Of a DNA stretch of 64,000 nt, positions 50,801-62,770 are shown in pieces. A program made the translations under genes and the position numbers. Origin of the DNA: Chrysomallon squamiferum (taxonomy: Eukaryota; Animalia; Mollusca). The DNA is taken from the NCBI GenBank assembly GCA_012295275.1, contig CM022675.1, forward strand, positions 3,658,001 to 3,722,000. Reading direction: 5' to 3'. The notes beneath the pieces are model-generated. The model saw only the letters and a program-made list of their open reading frames with translations, did not search any database and was not told the DNA's origin. Within the stretch, counting starts at the first letter, position 1. Each line of letters starts with the position of its first letter.

Positions 50801-53800
50801 GCTTTACAACTGATTTACAACTGCTTTAAAACTGATTTACAACTGATTTAAAACTGATTTACAACTGATTTAAAACTGATTTACAACTGATTTACAACTG
50901 CTTTACAACTGATTTACAACTGATTTAAAACTGCTTTAAAACTGCTTTAAAACTGATTTACAACTGATTTACAACTGCTTTACAACTGATTTAAAACTGA
51001 TTTACAACTGATTTACAACTGCTTTACAACTGATATACAACTGATTTAAAACTGCTTTAAAACTGATTTACAACTGATTTACAACTGCTTTACAACTGAT
51101 ATACAACTGATTTACAACTGCTTTAAAACTGCTTTAAAATTGCTTTAAAGCTGATTTAAATCTTCCAGTACCGCCGCCAGTGTCCAGCAGTCGCTCGCGC
51201 AAGGACAGTGACCTGTCCAACCACTCCGATGCCTTTTCTGATGAGAAGGAAGACAGCAAACACGCGACTCCTACCAAGAAGGAGGAGCCAGCCAAGCTTG
51301 TCCCTGCTCCTCCACCAAAGGAGAACATCTGGGAGATAAGAAAAACAGGACAGTATTCTCCGGGCTCACAGTCTTCTGAGTCGAAATCTCCTCCGGCAGC
51401 AGAATCAAACCAGACTCCTAAGGTGTTTTTTACTTCCTAAACATTCAGTGTTTGTGTCCAAGAATTAGTTATTTAAGTTACTGTTAGGGATACAAGATGG
51501 GTAAAAATAATAATAAAAATTTCAATGAAAAATAAACAATAATATAATAATAATAATAAAAAAAAATAATAAATAAATAAAATTTAAGACAATATTCAGA
51601 ATGTGTTAGAAAACACCCCATGCTGTTTGTACAAAAGTGCTTGCAAAGTATAGTAAATACAGTAATACACAAATATCATTATTAAAAGTATATATATATA
51701 TACATATTCAAATTAGTGTTTATTTTTGTTATTATTATTTTGAGTTTTATTTTTATTATTATTATTTTACTTTTTACATAATTAAATTGTATTTTTATGA
51801 TAAGTTTTATTTTTGATGAGTGTGTGTGGAGGTGTTCTGTTTATAGGTGAGAGAGGGATAGTAATATGTACATACTTACATTTGTCGCTTTTAAAGAAAT
51901 ATATATTTAAGTGATATAAAAATAAACAAATAAATAAATAAATAAAAAACCCTAGCTTACATTAAAGACATGCAAAGATATTAAAAAAGAAAGTATGGAA
52001 ATATTTTTTCTTAAAGATCAGATCATGTTTAAAAAAAAAGTGTATAAATACTCGTTTAAAAATAAGATAATAATAAAAAGGGTTTAAATACTTTTCTTAA
52101 AAAAATGCGTCAATATTCTTCTTCATACTAATGTAAACATATATGTATAAATATTTTTTCTTAAAATAAAATAACATTGAAAACTGTAAATAAATATTCT
52201 CCTTAAAAATAAAACAACATTAAAAAAACATACAAAAATATTTTTGAGTAAAAAATAGTAATAATAAATTAAAAAAATCGTATAAAAATATTTTTTTTTA
52301 TTTTTCAGTCATCGACCTCACCTGTCTCCCCAACCAGTGCCTGGGTCAAAGGTCGTGGTGAAAATCGCTCACAAAACAGTTCAAATTCACCTGGCAATAA
52401 CACCTGGCCCAAACGCGAAGAAGGGGTCAAAGGTAACTTCATTAAAAAAAAAAAAAAACACAAAAAAAAACAACACAACAACTTCAGTTTGTTAACTTCA
52501 AACATAACATCACACTTCATGTTTATCAAGTTTTCACACAAAAACACCCACGATACACATCTAACACAGCACAAACTAACCCTGTTCAGACACGTTTAAA
52601 CATTCAGCATAACAAAGTTTAAAAGTCAGTTTAATTAACTTGTTTTTGTTGTGTGTGGTTTTTGAAAGACTGTACGAATGTCATTAACTCAGATAAAATG
52701 GTGGTGTTTTCTTGGTTAGGTTCCTCAGACGGCTATCGTGGTCGTGGAAGGGGTCAGGGGTCAGCTGGCAGAGGCAGACATTCTGACCCGAGGCCAAAGT
52801 AAGTTTTCAAAGTTTATGCTTTGTTTGCTGTCCATGTACCCAGGTTCAAACCTCCTCAATGGTAGCTAGCTTGTCTTTGCCATTTACTGTATTCACTCGA
52901 CACGTTTGAGTTTCATAATGTCTCGTAGAGTCTCCTGATTTAAAATGTTTCATGCTGTGTGACATTCATACACACTTGTTAACTTCAGCTTTCTGTCCAA
53001 ATTTATATTTACAGAATTTCAATATTTAAAACATTTTATACAGTACTTGCCTGCTTTCTTTAAAATATATATATATATACATATTTTTTTTAATAATTTC
53101 ATATTTTCACAGCCTGTAAAGTTTTATACAGTTTAAGAATTACATTTTTTAAACTGTTTTTTTTACTTCACATTTTAAAATAGTATAATATGGAATTAAC
53201 TTCACAGTTTTGAAGTTTATTTAATACAGATTTCAGAATTACATTATTTAAAATGTTTAATGCAGCATATTTACTTACATATTTCAAAATACTTAATTTA
53301 ATTTTGCATTAACTTATAATTTTCAAAGTTTATATTTAAGACTGAGTTCAGAATTACATAATTTAATTTTTTTTTTTTGTACAGTGTACTGGCTACTCAC
53401 TTTAAATATTTAAATTTTGTATTAATTTCACATTTTCACAGCCTGTAATGATTTATACAGTTTCAGAATTACATTATAAAATTTGTTTTATACAGTGTGC
53501 TTTCATTCTGACTTTATAATAATATTAATATCAAATAACTGCACTTTTTCAAGTTTTAATAAAATATTTAAATTGCATTAAATTCACATTTTCAGAATTA
53601 ATAATGTTTATAAGGAATACAGAATTACATAACTTAAAACGTATCATGCCTTATACTTACATCTACATTTTAAAATATTTAATACCATGTTAATTTCATA
53701 TTGTCAAAGTTTATCATGTTTAATGCAGAATTAAAGAATATGAATGTTTTACAACTGTATTTGTTTAAATACTTCATAATATGTGAAACTCCAAAAACCC

Positions 53801-54112
53801 TTTGTTTTAGCCATTTCACATCATTCAAATGGATAACTGCCGAATTTAAATATTTTATCCTTTCTTCAAACATGATTTAAAACAGTTGAACTAATTACAA
53901 TTAAACAGCTTCATTAATACTGCTTCTTGAAGAGGTTTACTTAATATTCATAAACAAGAATTAAGACTGAATTAAAAAAATAATTAAGCAGAAGTTCATA
54001 TGAATTGCTTTGTGAACCAAAGGAATAATATGAGAGATTGATAAAACAGACTGAAATAATTAATAATACTGAAATTTATTTGATTTATTTTAACATTCAG
54101 AGAGAATGTAAT

Positions 54113-54155
<43 letters not shown>

Positions 54156-54408
54156 AAAATTTTGTTTTCCCAAAAAATGTCAGAATAGATTTTTTTGTGT
54201 GTGTTTTTCTGCACTGATAGCTTTATTTGAGTCACAAAGGATTAAATTACTGTGATGCTGTAGTACTGATAACCAAATCTAATGTTTATGACATCAAAAA
54301 AGACAAAATGCAAAAGATTTAACAAATGTTTGTAAATAACAGGCTTTATAATAATAGTATGCTATTTGAAAGATTTTTAATTTTAATTTTATTTTGTATA
54401 AAAACTTA

Positions 54409-54451
<43 letters not shown>

Positions 54452-55371
54452 CAAGAAAGAACACTGAAATATGAAGAGAGAGAGAGAGAGAAAGATTATA
54501 TTTTGTGAAATACTCTGATTTTAATATATTTTAAACTTACATTGGGCAAGGTGTGGTGTTTGTTGGGTTTTTTAAACTGGAGTTTCTTCTTAGGTTATTG
54601 AAACTTTCTCTTACATTTGTTTTGTCTGTTAAATATTTGAATTAACATTTAATTAAATGTGATATTTATAAACGATAGCATGTTGTAGTTTGGCATTACA
54701 TACATAGCAGTTAAAAATTTAAAACAATTGTTTATTAACAAACATTATTTTGGGTTTTTTAATAACTTAAGTATTTTTGTGTGTAGTTAAGTTCTGAACA
54801 TTTGTATTAACATTTGATCACAATATTTCTGTATCGTTGAAAGTTTGGAAAGCAAAGTAATATATTTTTATCACTTAGTGCATATACATTATTTAATTTC
54901 AAAAGCTTGTAACATTTTCAGATAAAAAAACTGAATTAACTTGTAAATATAAAAAAGAGATAGACAAAAACAAAACAAGAAAATAAAAAGTAACAAAAAT
55001 GCAACCAATTTATATGAAATTCATTCATAAGTCAGATATCACTGTTTGTATTAAATATTAGTTAATGTATTTATTTGTAAAGTACAAACATGGAAATGGT
55101 ACAAACTGATCTGTATGTTTTAGTATTTGATTTGAAACATTAAAACATTAAATGATTGTTATATTAATTTTTATTTCAAGTCTTCAGAACATTTTATTAG
55201 TTATTGTAGCTTACAGATTTTAATACTGATAAATATTTTCTTTAAAATGTTATAGTAAATTAAACAAATTTCATGTATATTTACAATACAGATTTAAAGT
55301 TTATAAATATATTTTTCACTTTTATTTGTACTGCCAGTCTTATTTCTTCAGTGTGTAACTTTATTTTTAAT

Positions 55372-55426
<55 letters not shown>

Positions 55427-57281
55427 TTTTGATGAATAATATCTATTTGTAATCAACACTTCTTTCAAATGTGTTATTCCATTATATAATTATTTTGTAA
55501 TGAACTGTGTAACTGTTATTTTCTGTTTACACACAGTTTTAAATAAAAAATTAGTTACAGATTAGTTTTTATTCAGGAACAGTAAGTTTTGAAATATATT
55601 AATGTTACAGATTATATACAGTTTTAATCTTAAAATAAATTTAAAAAAAAAAAGTAAAAAGAATGAAGATGACATTCATCAAAAGATGTATAAAATTAGG
55701 GTCTAGTAATGTATGCTATCCAGTAGGTTTTTAGTTAGTTACTGATGTTTATATGCAATTGGTTGAATCATTAAGTAAGATTTTTTTCTGACAAATCAAT
55801 TAAATATAATAAATAAAAAAAGATTAAAAAAAAAAAAATAAAATAAATAAATTTAGTAGTGTTTTGTTTCTGACAAGTTAATTTGAAACAAAAATAAATT
55901 TAAATTTAGTCTCTTGATAAATTAAAATTTAATTTTACTTGTTTTATTAATTTAAAATCTTGTACATTAAAATTTAAATTTTGTCCTTACTATTTTATTA
56001 ATTTAAAATCTAGTGTATAAAGATTTAAATTCAGTCACATAATTTCTTTAATTTAAAATGTAGTACATTAAGATTTAAATTTAATCTCTTATGTTTTTTC
56101 AAAAATAATACATTCAAATTTAGTCAGGAATGTTTTTTCAGCAGCCTATTTGTCTATTTGTATAAGCTGTTGTATGAAATATATATTGAGTTTGTATTTC
56201 TTACATTTGGGTAAGGGATTTTCTATTTGTAATATTAAAAACTAATATTTTACAATTTATATTTAACCATTACTCTTTTAGTTTATGATTGAACTTAATT
56301 CAAAATCTAATATTTAAATTTTGTCTCTTTCATTTCATGAATAAAAAATCTAGTATATGAAGATTTAAATTCGGTTTGGTACTTTTTTTGTTAATTTAAA
56401 ATTTAATATGTTTGCACTTAAATAAAGTCGTGTTTTGTTTCTTTAATTTAATATATTAAAATATAATTCAAATTTAGTCTTTCCTGTTTGGTTAATTTTA
56501 GTACTAGATTGTGTACTAAAATTTAAATTTAAATTTCGTCAGTACTGTTGTGTTTTTCAGAGGGGGAAGAGAGCGACACATACCCACATCCATAGAAGAA
56601 ATGCCGAAGTTAGAAGATAACGTTAAAAAAGTAGGTTTAGTTTAAACAAGCCTTGACTTAGTGACCTTCACCTTTTCCCTGTATACCTATAATAATGATT
56701 TTAGTAATCGTAACAGATCAAGGTGAAGCAGAATATCCTGGTGTATTTTAGAACTGGTATCAGTTTTTTCATCTGTCCAGTATAATGGCTGGATATTATC
56801 TCGATCTACCATAGTTCAAGATTTCAAGATTTTCAGCTGTTTTTTTTTTCAAACTTGGAAAGTGTTGAATCGTACATTGATTCGAAATTTTTGAACAAAT
56901 TAGTGAAGTGTTGAAATAAATATAAAACAATTTAGTGAAACATTAAAAAGAATGTAAACATAATTACTGGAACATTAGGATAAATCTAAAATTATTAAAA
57001 CATTAAGATGAAGATATAATTACTGAAACATTAAATTAAATACAGAGCAAAATAACTGAAATATTAAGATAAATATAAAAGATATTATTAAAACATTAAA
57101 TTTAATATAAAACAAATTACAGAAACTGAAATAAATATAAAACGAATTCTTTCAAATTAAAACACTTTAATAAATAAACAACAAAAATGTTAATAATTTT
57201 GGTTTCTCCATTTTTCAGGACTGGTCAGATAAAAATAAATTTTCATCTCTAATGGACGCCAATGATAACGAAGAAGATTAG
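39705..57281 (+). CDS. EIF4B: Eukaryotic translation initiation factor 4B, 16 coding exons, 647 aa
   Basis: Exons (GT-AG, phases consistent, sum 1944 nt): 39705-39717, 41664-41816, 42499-42683, 43422-43529, 44331-44385, 44613-44711, 45248-45517, 47261-47348, 48583-48614, 49349-49595, 50412-50515, 51169-51422, 52309-52432, 52720-52798, 56561-56630, 57219-57281 (TAG). Motifs: KGKTLALTEFL, LPTAPKAARGP, RRM (AFIGNLPY / RGFGYVEF / RKIRVDLA), DRYG-rich region, RPRLQLQPRS, SIFGSAKPVDTASREMEIEKRL, PAPPPKENIW, C-terminal NKFSSL. A few acceptors have in-frame alternatives 6-18 nt away. Confidence 0.93.
43240..43432 (+). repeat. 27-29 bp tandem array spanning the eIF4B exon-4 acceptor
   Basis: TTTTTATGTT(G/A)TAG|GTGCTAAATGT with AG at 43335, 43364, 43393 and 43420 (real). 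Diverged copies at about 43252 and 43308. Confidence 0.92.
46145..47269 (+). repeat. Layered tandem array (82-bp, 54-bp and older ~50-bp units) ending in the eIF4B exon-8 acceptor
   Basis: TATGTTTCAG|GATAC(G/A)ACA with AG at 47095, 47177 and 47259 (real). 54-bp units with TTTTCAAG at 46906, 46960 and 47014. Degenerate TTTTCAGG units run back to 46162. Confidence 0.88.
50781..51160 (+). repeat. 11-bp minisatellite (ACTG(A/C)TTTA(C/A)A, ~34 copies) abutting the eIF4B exon-12 acceptor
   Basis: Continuous array; the last unit GCTGATTTAAA runs directly into TCTTCCAG|exon at 51169. Confidence 0.93.
52980..53720 (+). repeat. Degenerate ~110-bp tandem array in eIF4B intron 14
   Basis: TTTTCACAGCCTGTAA...TTTATACAGTTT(A/C)AGAATTACAT at about 53104 and 53433. 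AGAATTACAT also occurs at about 53235, 53350 and 53621. Confidence 0.65.
55860..56560 (+). repeat. Degenerate ~50-bp array (ATTTAAATTTAGTC core) leading into the eIF4B exon-15 acceptor
   Basis: The core recurs about 10 times. The copy at 56112-56141 ends in TGTTTTTTCAG, like the real TGTTTTTCAG at 56551-56560. Confidence 0.65.
56895..57150 (+). repeat. Degenerate ~30-bp array in eIF4B intron 15
   Basis: Recurrent TTACTGAAACATTAA..TAAATATAAAA-like units. Confidence 0.6.
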
Positions 57282-58331
57282 TGATTGTAAATAGACACAG
57301 ACGTTAATGTTACACAGATGTTGTAAATAAACAAATGGGATGGTATTTTGTTATTTGTTCATTTCTCAGTCTTTGTCGCCCAAGTGACATCAGTGTGACA
57401 TGTGACACAGAATGTCACATGATATGTCACATGATATTCAGATGAAGAGAAAAGAAAATGATCTTTTTTTAATTATTTCTGAAATTCAAATTGCAGCATA
57501 AAATAAAAGCATAAATTTGAATTCACTGAATTCAGAAAGTATGCAAATTTCACTGCCTGGATGGAATAAATGGTATGTTATGATTTTTTTGTTAATAATT
57601 TTTATTATTATTATTATTATTATTATAAAATATTATTTCTTTTTTTCTTTTTGGGGTAAAGTTAGTGAAGAAGAATGCAAGCCGATATAATTACTAAACT
57701 AAAATTTTAGATGCTTAATTAATGAATAAAATAAATGTTAAAAATTAAGATGAAATGAAAACCATTTGTATAAGGAATAAAAGTTATAATTAAATTTATT
57801 TTATTTTTATAAATTATGTTTATATGTACATAAAACAGAATAGTGTTCAGTACATCCCACATAGTCAAAATATCAACAACTTTTAATAATAGCTTTAATA
57901 ACATTTGTCAAACTTGAATGTAATGAAATATAAGCTTTTATATAATTACACACACATACAAACACATATTTTTATATATATACTTCACACAAAAATACAA
58001 ATATCAAGCATATTTGCAAAATATTTGTATATAACAAAAACTTTTTTTTTTTTTATTCTTTGTTTCTTTGTTTTTTACATATATTTTTTTATTTTTTGTC
58101 TTTTTTTGGCTTGCGTTCTTCTTCAGTAATTACTTATTCTGCAGAAAAGATGATTCATTTAAAAGATTTGGTTCCAAAATTTTAAAAATCATTCCATAAA
58201 TTCTTGTCTCATAATTTTTAAATTTACTAAGGGTGGGTGTGGTCCTGTGGGTCAGAAGCTGATTATTAAGTATGGGTGTGGGCATAAATGGATAGTTCTT
58301 GTTTATTTAAGGTTTAAATAAAAACAAAATA

Positions 58332-58362
<31 letters not shown>

Positions 58363-61300
58363 GGTTTACAAGAGATATGAGCATGGTTTATTTGAAATAG
58401 ATGATAGAAAAATTGTAAATAAGTGAAATGTAACTTAAATACAAATTGGTACAGACAAGTTTTGATCTACATTGATTCAAAACCTAATGCATAATTTATT
58501 TTTTATACATTTTTTTTTTTCTTCTCTCAGTTTTTTGTGTATGGTGTAAAATACTTTGTGTTGGATTGCTATTTAAATGTAACATACTTTAAATTGATTA
58601 GTGAAAATTACGTTTCATGCATTAACAAAATTCATGTATCAATAAGTGTTAAGTTTTTTTTTTTAGTTCTTACTGTTTGTTATGTACTATAACCTCTGGA
58701 AGAAAAAATGTGCTTTATTGATATTTTTTTTTCATATACAAAATTGATGTTAGATTTTGTTTGTGACTCTACACATCAAAAGAGACATTAAGTAACAGTT
58801 TTGGTTATGTTGATTTACGTTAGTATTCATATTCCTGTTGTCATAAGCTTCATTTTCATGTTGCACTCATCTTTACAACTTGTATGATTATAAATATATA
58901 GCTGCTTGAATATGGGTAAACAGGAACATTTTAAAACCCATTATGAGAAACATCAAGTTGAAATTAAAGATATGAACTTACCTTTAGCAACCAAACATTT
59001 TCATTCAAGATTTTGAACATAAACATATATTTTTGTTTGTTTTTTGTGACATTTACTGTGAAAATTTCAAAATTGATACATTAAAATTTGATCATATTTT
59101 TCATGGCTTAATACTTGTTTTGATGTGTTTGGTCACAGTTCATTACTTCATATTTCAGTTCTTTAATCACCATTTAGCACCAACATTTTGTTGAGTTTTA
59201 TTATGTACAGTGAATACCTGGGGCACCGAATTTTCAAGTTCTTAATCTTGATATCATTTGAACATGATAAATTTGATAGGATCTCTGATTTTTGACAGTA
59301 AAAGAAAGCATAGCAGTATTTCAACTAGTTGTAATAGCTGGTTGTCAGAACAAATATTAAGAATGTATCTAATTATATGATTAATAATAATAATAATAAT
59401 AAAAACAGAAGTAAATTCTTAATGGCAACATAATAAAAAAAAAGCCATTATAAAGAAAAATTATAATAAAAACAATATATGATAACCATAACACATCCCC
59501 AGAAAACAACAAAGAAAAGTAAATACCCACTCCAAACACCCCTCCCCACCAAAATGATAACAGCATTCTTATAGGCAATACCTTTAATAGGTGTTTTCTT
59601 TAGATTTGATAAGTGAAAAAACCCAAACAGACTCTAATTTGTCACAAAGAATGTTTGATTCAGGGAATTACAAACTCCATGACATTTTTGGTTGTGGTGT
59701 ATGCAGCAGACGTAACATGTCAGGTGACTAACAAAGTGGGAGGAGCTAATATCACAGACAGCCAATGGTAATCTTGTTTGGGAATTAAGCATTTCTTGTA
59801 ATAGTTACATTTATGTTATTGAAAGGAAAATTTGTAGAACTTGTTTTTCTGTTCCAGATATTGTGATTTTGAAATTACGTACACTTTAAAAATATACCCT
59901 TTACTTAATTATTTATATAACTGCTGCCTGAACAGGACCTTTTTTTTTTTTTTTTTATTGTTTTTACAGTGCGAAATGTTTTTGTTAAAATTTTTATTTT
60001 ATTATTTTTTAAATTCCTGTTTTAATTTTTGGAAACATTTCTTTGAAGTCAAACAGAATTGTATTTAGATGTCCTAAAATTTCATTTTTTTTACTTCTGT
60101 TTTATTTTATTTCACACAGAAAGCATCAACAACCATACCCATTGTGTACATTAAATATATGTAAGCATGGCTTTCTGCCTTAACGAAAAACTTAATTTGT
60201 TAAGAAACATTATAATACGGTTTGTTAGTATCTCAGATTTAGTGTTTATCAAAATATGTCTGTGCCTAATTTGGTGTGTTGTGTAAAATATGAAATGCAT
60301 GGAATGAAATTGTTTGTTGTATAACCGATGAAACATTTTGTTAATTTTGTATATAATAGTTTAGTCTGTTTTGATATTCTACTGTTAAAGATATTAATAA
60401 TTTCTTCTTCTTTCAATTATTATTTTTGTTTATTTGTTTATTTATTTATTTTTTTATCTTTATCTTTCTTTATAAAATATTTATCTACAGATGTTATTAA
60501 ATTTTTAATTTTTTTTAATTATCTCCTAACAGTTGTTTTGAATAACTTATTTTTATTTTCTTTAAAAAGTTTTGTTTGTTGCAAATAATGTTATGGACAG
60601 GTTTGATTATGGTCTCGTGTATTTTTGTTTAAGAGGCTGTACACTGAAATCAGTTTGTGAAGCTTTTTCACATTAGTGTTATGTTTAAAGTTTCATCATA
60701 AAACCTTTTGTTTACCTCTTCAAGTAAATATTGTAATTTGTTTCTTTTCATATATTTTTATTTGTAATTTTTAAAATTTATTTAATTTGTGTTTTTCTAA
60801 ATTTTAACATTACAAACTATTGTTTCATATGCTAATATAAATGTGGATGTCTTTGTTATATAACATATGCATTTTTGTACACCAGTGTTTTATTATTATC
60901 ATTATTATTATTTAAATAAATTCTTTTCACTTTTCTGTTCCATTTCATGGTTTTAAAACTTTTCTTTTTTCAGTTTTGAAAAGCACAGGTTTGCATAGAT
61001 AAATAAAGAATATTTGTATATGGTTTTGTTAATGATCTTCCGATTGATATCACCTTATTACAATATTTTAACTTTATTATTTATAATAATAATAATAATA
61101 CAAATAAAAATAATATTTCATTATTATTACATGTCCTTTGTTTTTCACCTGTTCATATCTTTTTCTTTACTATTAAATTTGTTTCTTCTTGAAAAAAATA
61201 CCCACCACTTAGATGCCACCCCCCCCCAAATTCCACAATCTAGAATCCACCCATGATGATGATGATTTGAGTATGCGATAGAATTAAAAACTTTATTTAA

Positions 61301-62644
61301 TGGTATATTATCATTGAGCATGTTTAATTTGTTTATGAAATATTTTTAACGATCTTGTCAAAACCATATTTCATTTTTTTTTTTTTTTTTAGCTTTTGCT
61401 CCAAACTGCACTATTTTTGTTAAAGCCTTTTTCTGTAAATGCATATTTATTATATTTTCACTGTGTGACTGAAATTCAAGTTTTAAAAATTGTATAAGTT
61501 TTCATCTTTTTATTATTTAATGTTTTATCTTCATTTGATATAATCTTTTTTTCATTTTGAAGTCATTATGAATGCTTAAATAATTTAAAAAAATGCAATC
61601 CTAAATTGATGTTTATGAAGTAGTAGTTGTAGTAGTAGTGATAACAATAACAATAACAATAAAAACAATAATAACAATAATAATAAATAGCAACAGCAAC
61701 AATTCCCCCCACAAAATATTATCATTCTGAATTTTTTGCATGAAAACAAATCAAAATTTTAAAATGTTTAAAAAATAATAATTAAAAAAATTAATAAAAC
61801 CAAGTAAACAGAAAACTCCTGAAAGCAGCATTTTAGAAATTTTTCAGTTTCAATTTTTTTTTTTTTTTTTTTTTTTTTTCTGTACATAATTCTTTCAGAT
61901 TTTCATGGTTTACCCTTTAAACTTGTTTTGTTTGTGGCAAAGAGGGTAACCAGGATTTGAACAGCTGTGCAATTCAAATGTTTAATGCATGATTCTGTTG
62001 TAAATAGGTTGTACTGGTGTAGATAGCAAATTAAAATCCTTTTCTTGCTTTGTACAGACTCGGGGCAAACTTCAATAATTTTAATAAAGAAACTTTAAAG
62101 CAGCAGTTTTTGTATTCACTTATTTTTATTTAAAATGACGTGAGGTCGATTTTGCTGGAGAATTTTTGAAAACTTTTGACAAGCAAGAAAATAGGAATAA
62201 AAGAAAAGGATGGAATAAATATTTAATGTACTTGTTTTATGTGTTGCTGTATTATAAAACAAGGCCAAAGTCCAGAATTTTCAAAATGTGGTTCAGGTTA
62301 TTGTTTTTTTAGGATAGTAAAACTTAAAAAAAAAAAATTGTTACTTTATGGGGGACTTTTCTCACAATGCTAAGTGAAAGTTTGAAGTGACCAATAGATC
62401 AGCAAGAGCCATTTTTTTTTAGCTGAAGTTGATCAACATCCTGGTCAACATTGATAAGATAATATTTTAGACAAGAATGAGTAAAATCATTTTGAGAAAG
62501 TAGAAATAAAAAGTGAAATTAAATGGTTTAGACAGAATGCTGAAAATCTACAAATTCTCTCATTCATGAAATTTGAGCTGTAGCTCAAAATGGCTGGCAT
62601 TATCACACTTTTATAAAAAAACACAAAAAAAAAACACAAGCAAT

Positions 62645-62770
62645 TTTTTGACAAGAAAACAGACATTGCATTTTTGTATCAGCCCGTAGAGCATTGATTG
62701 GAATGTGAAATAGCCCAATGGAGATTCTGTTGAACAGGAAAAACCCTGTGACCAACTGAGCTGTAAACCT
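62645..62770 (-). mobile_element. SINE-like 5' fragment
   Basis: GAGCATTGATTGGAATGTGAAATAGCCCAATGG...ACTGAGCT. The reverse-complement motif TTGGGCTATTT also occurs at about 12740 on the plus strand. Confidence 0.45.

Noticed and set aside
57386-57401. CAGTGT as an iron-responsive element loop
   Set aside because: The flanking 5-mers (GACAT/GACAT) cannot form the IRE upper stem.
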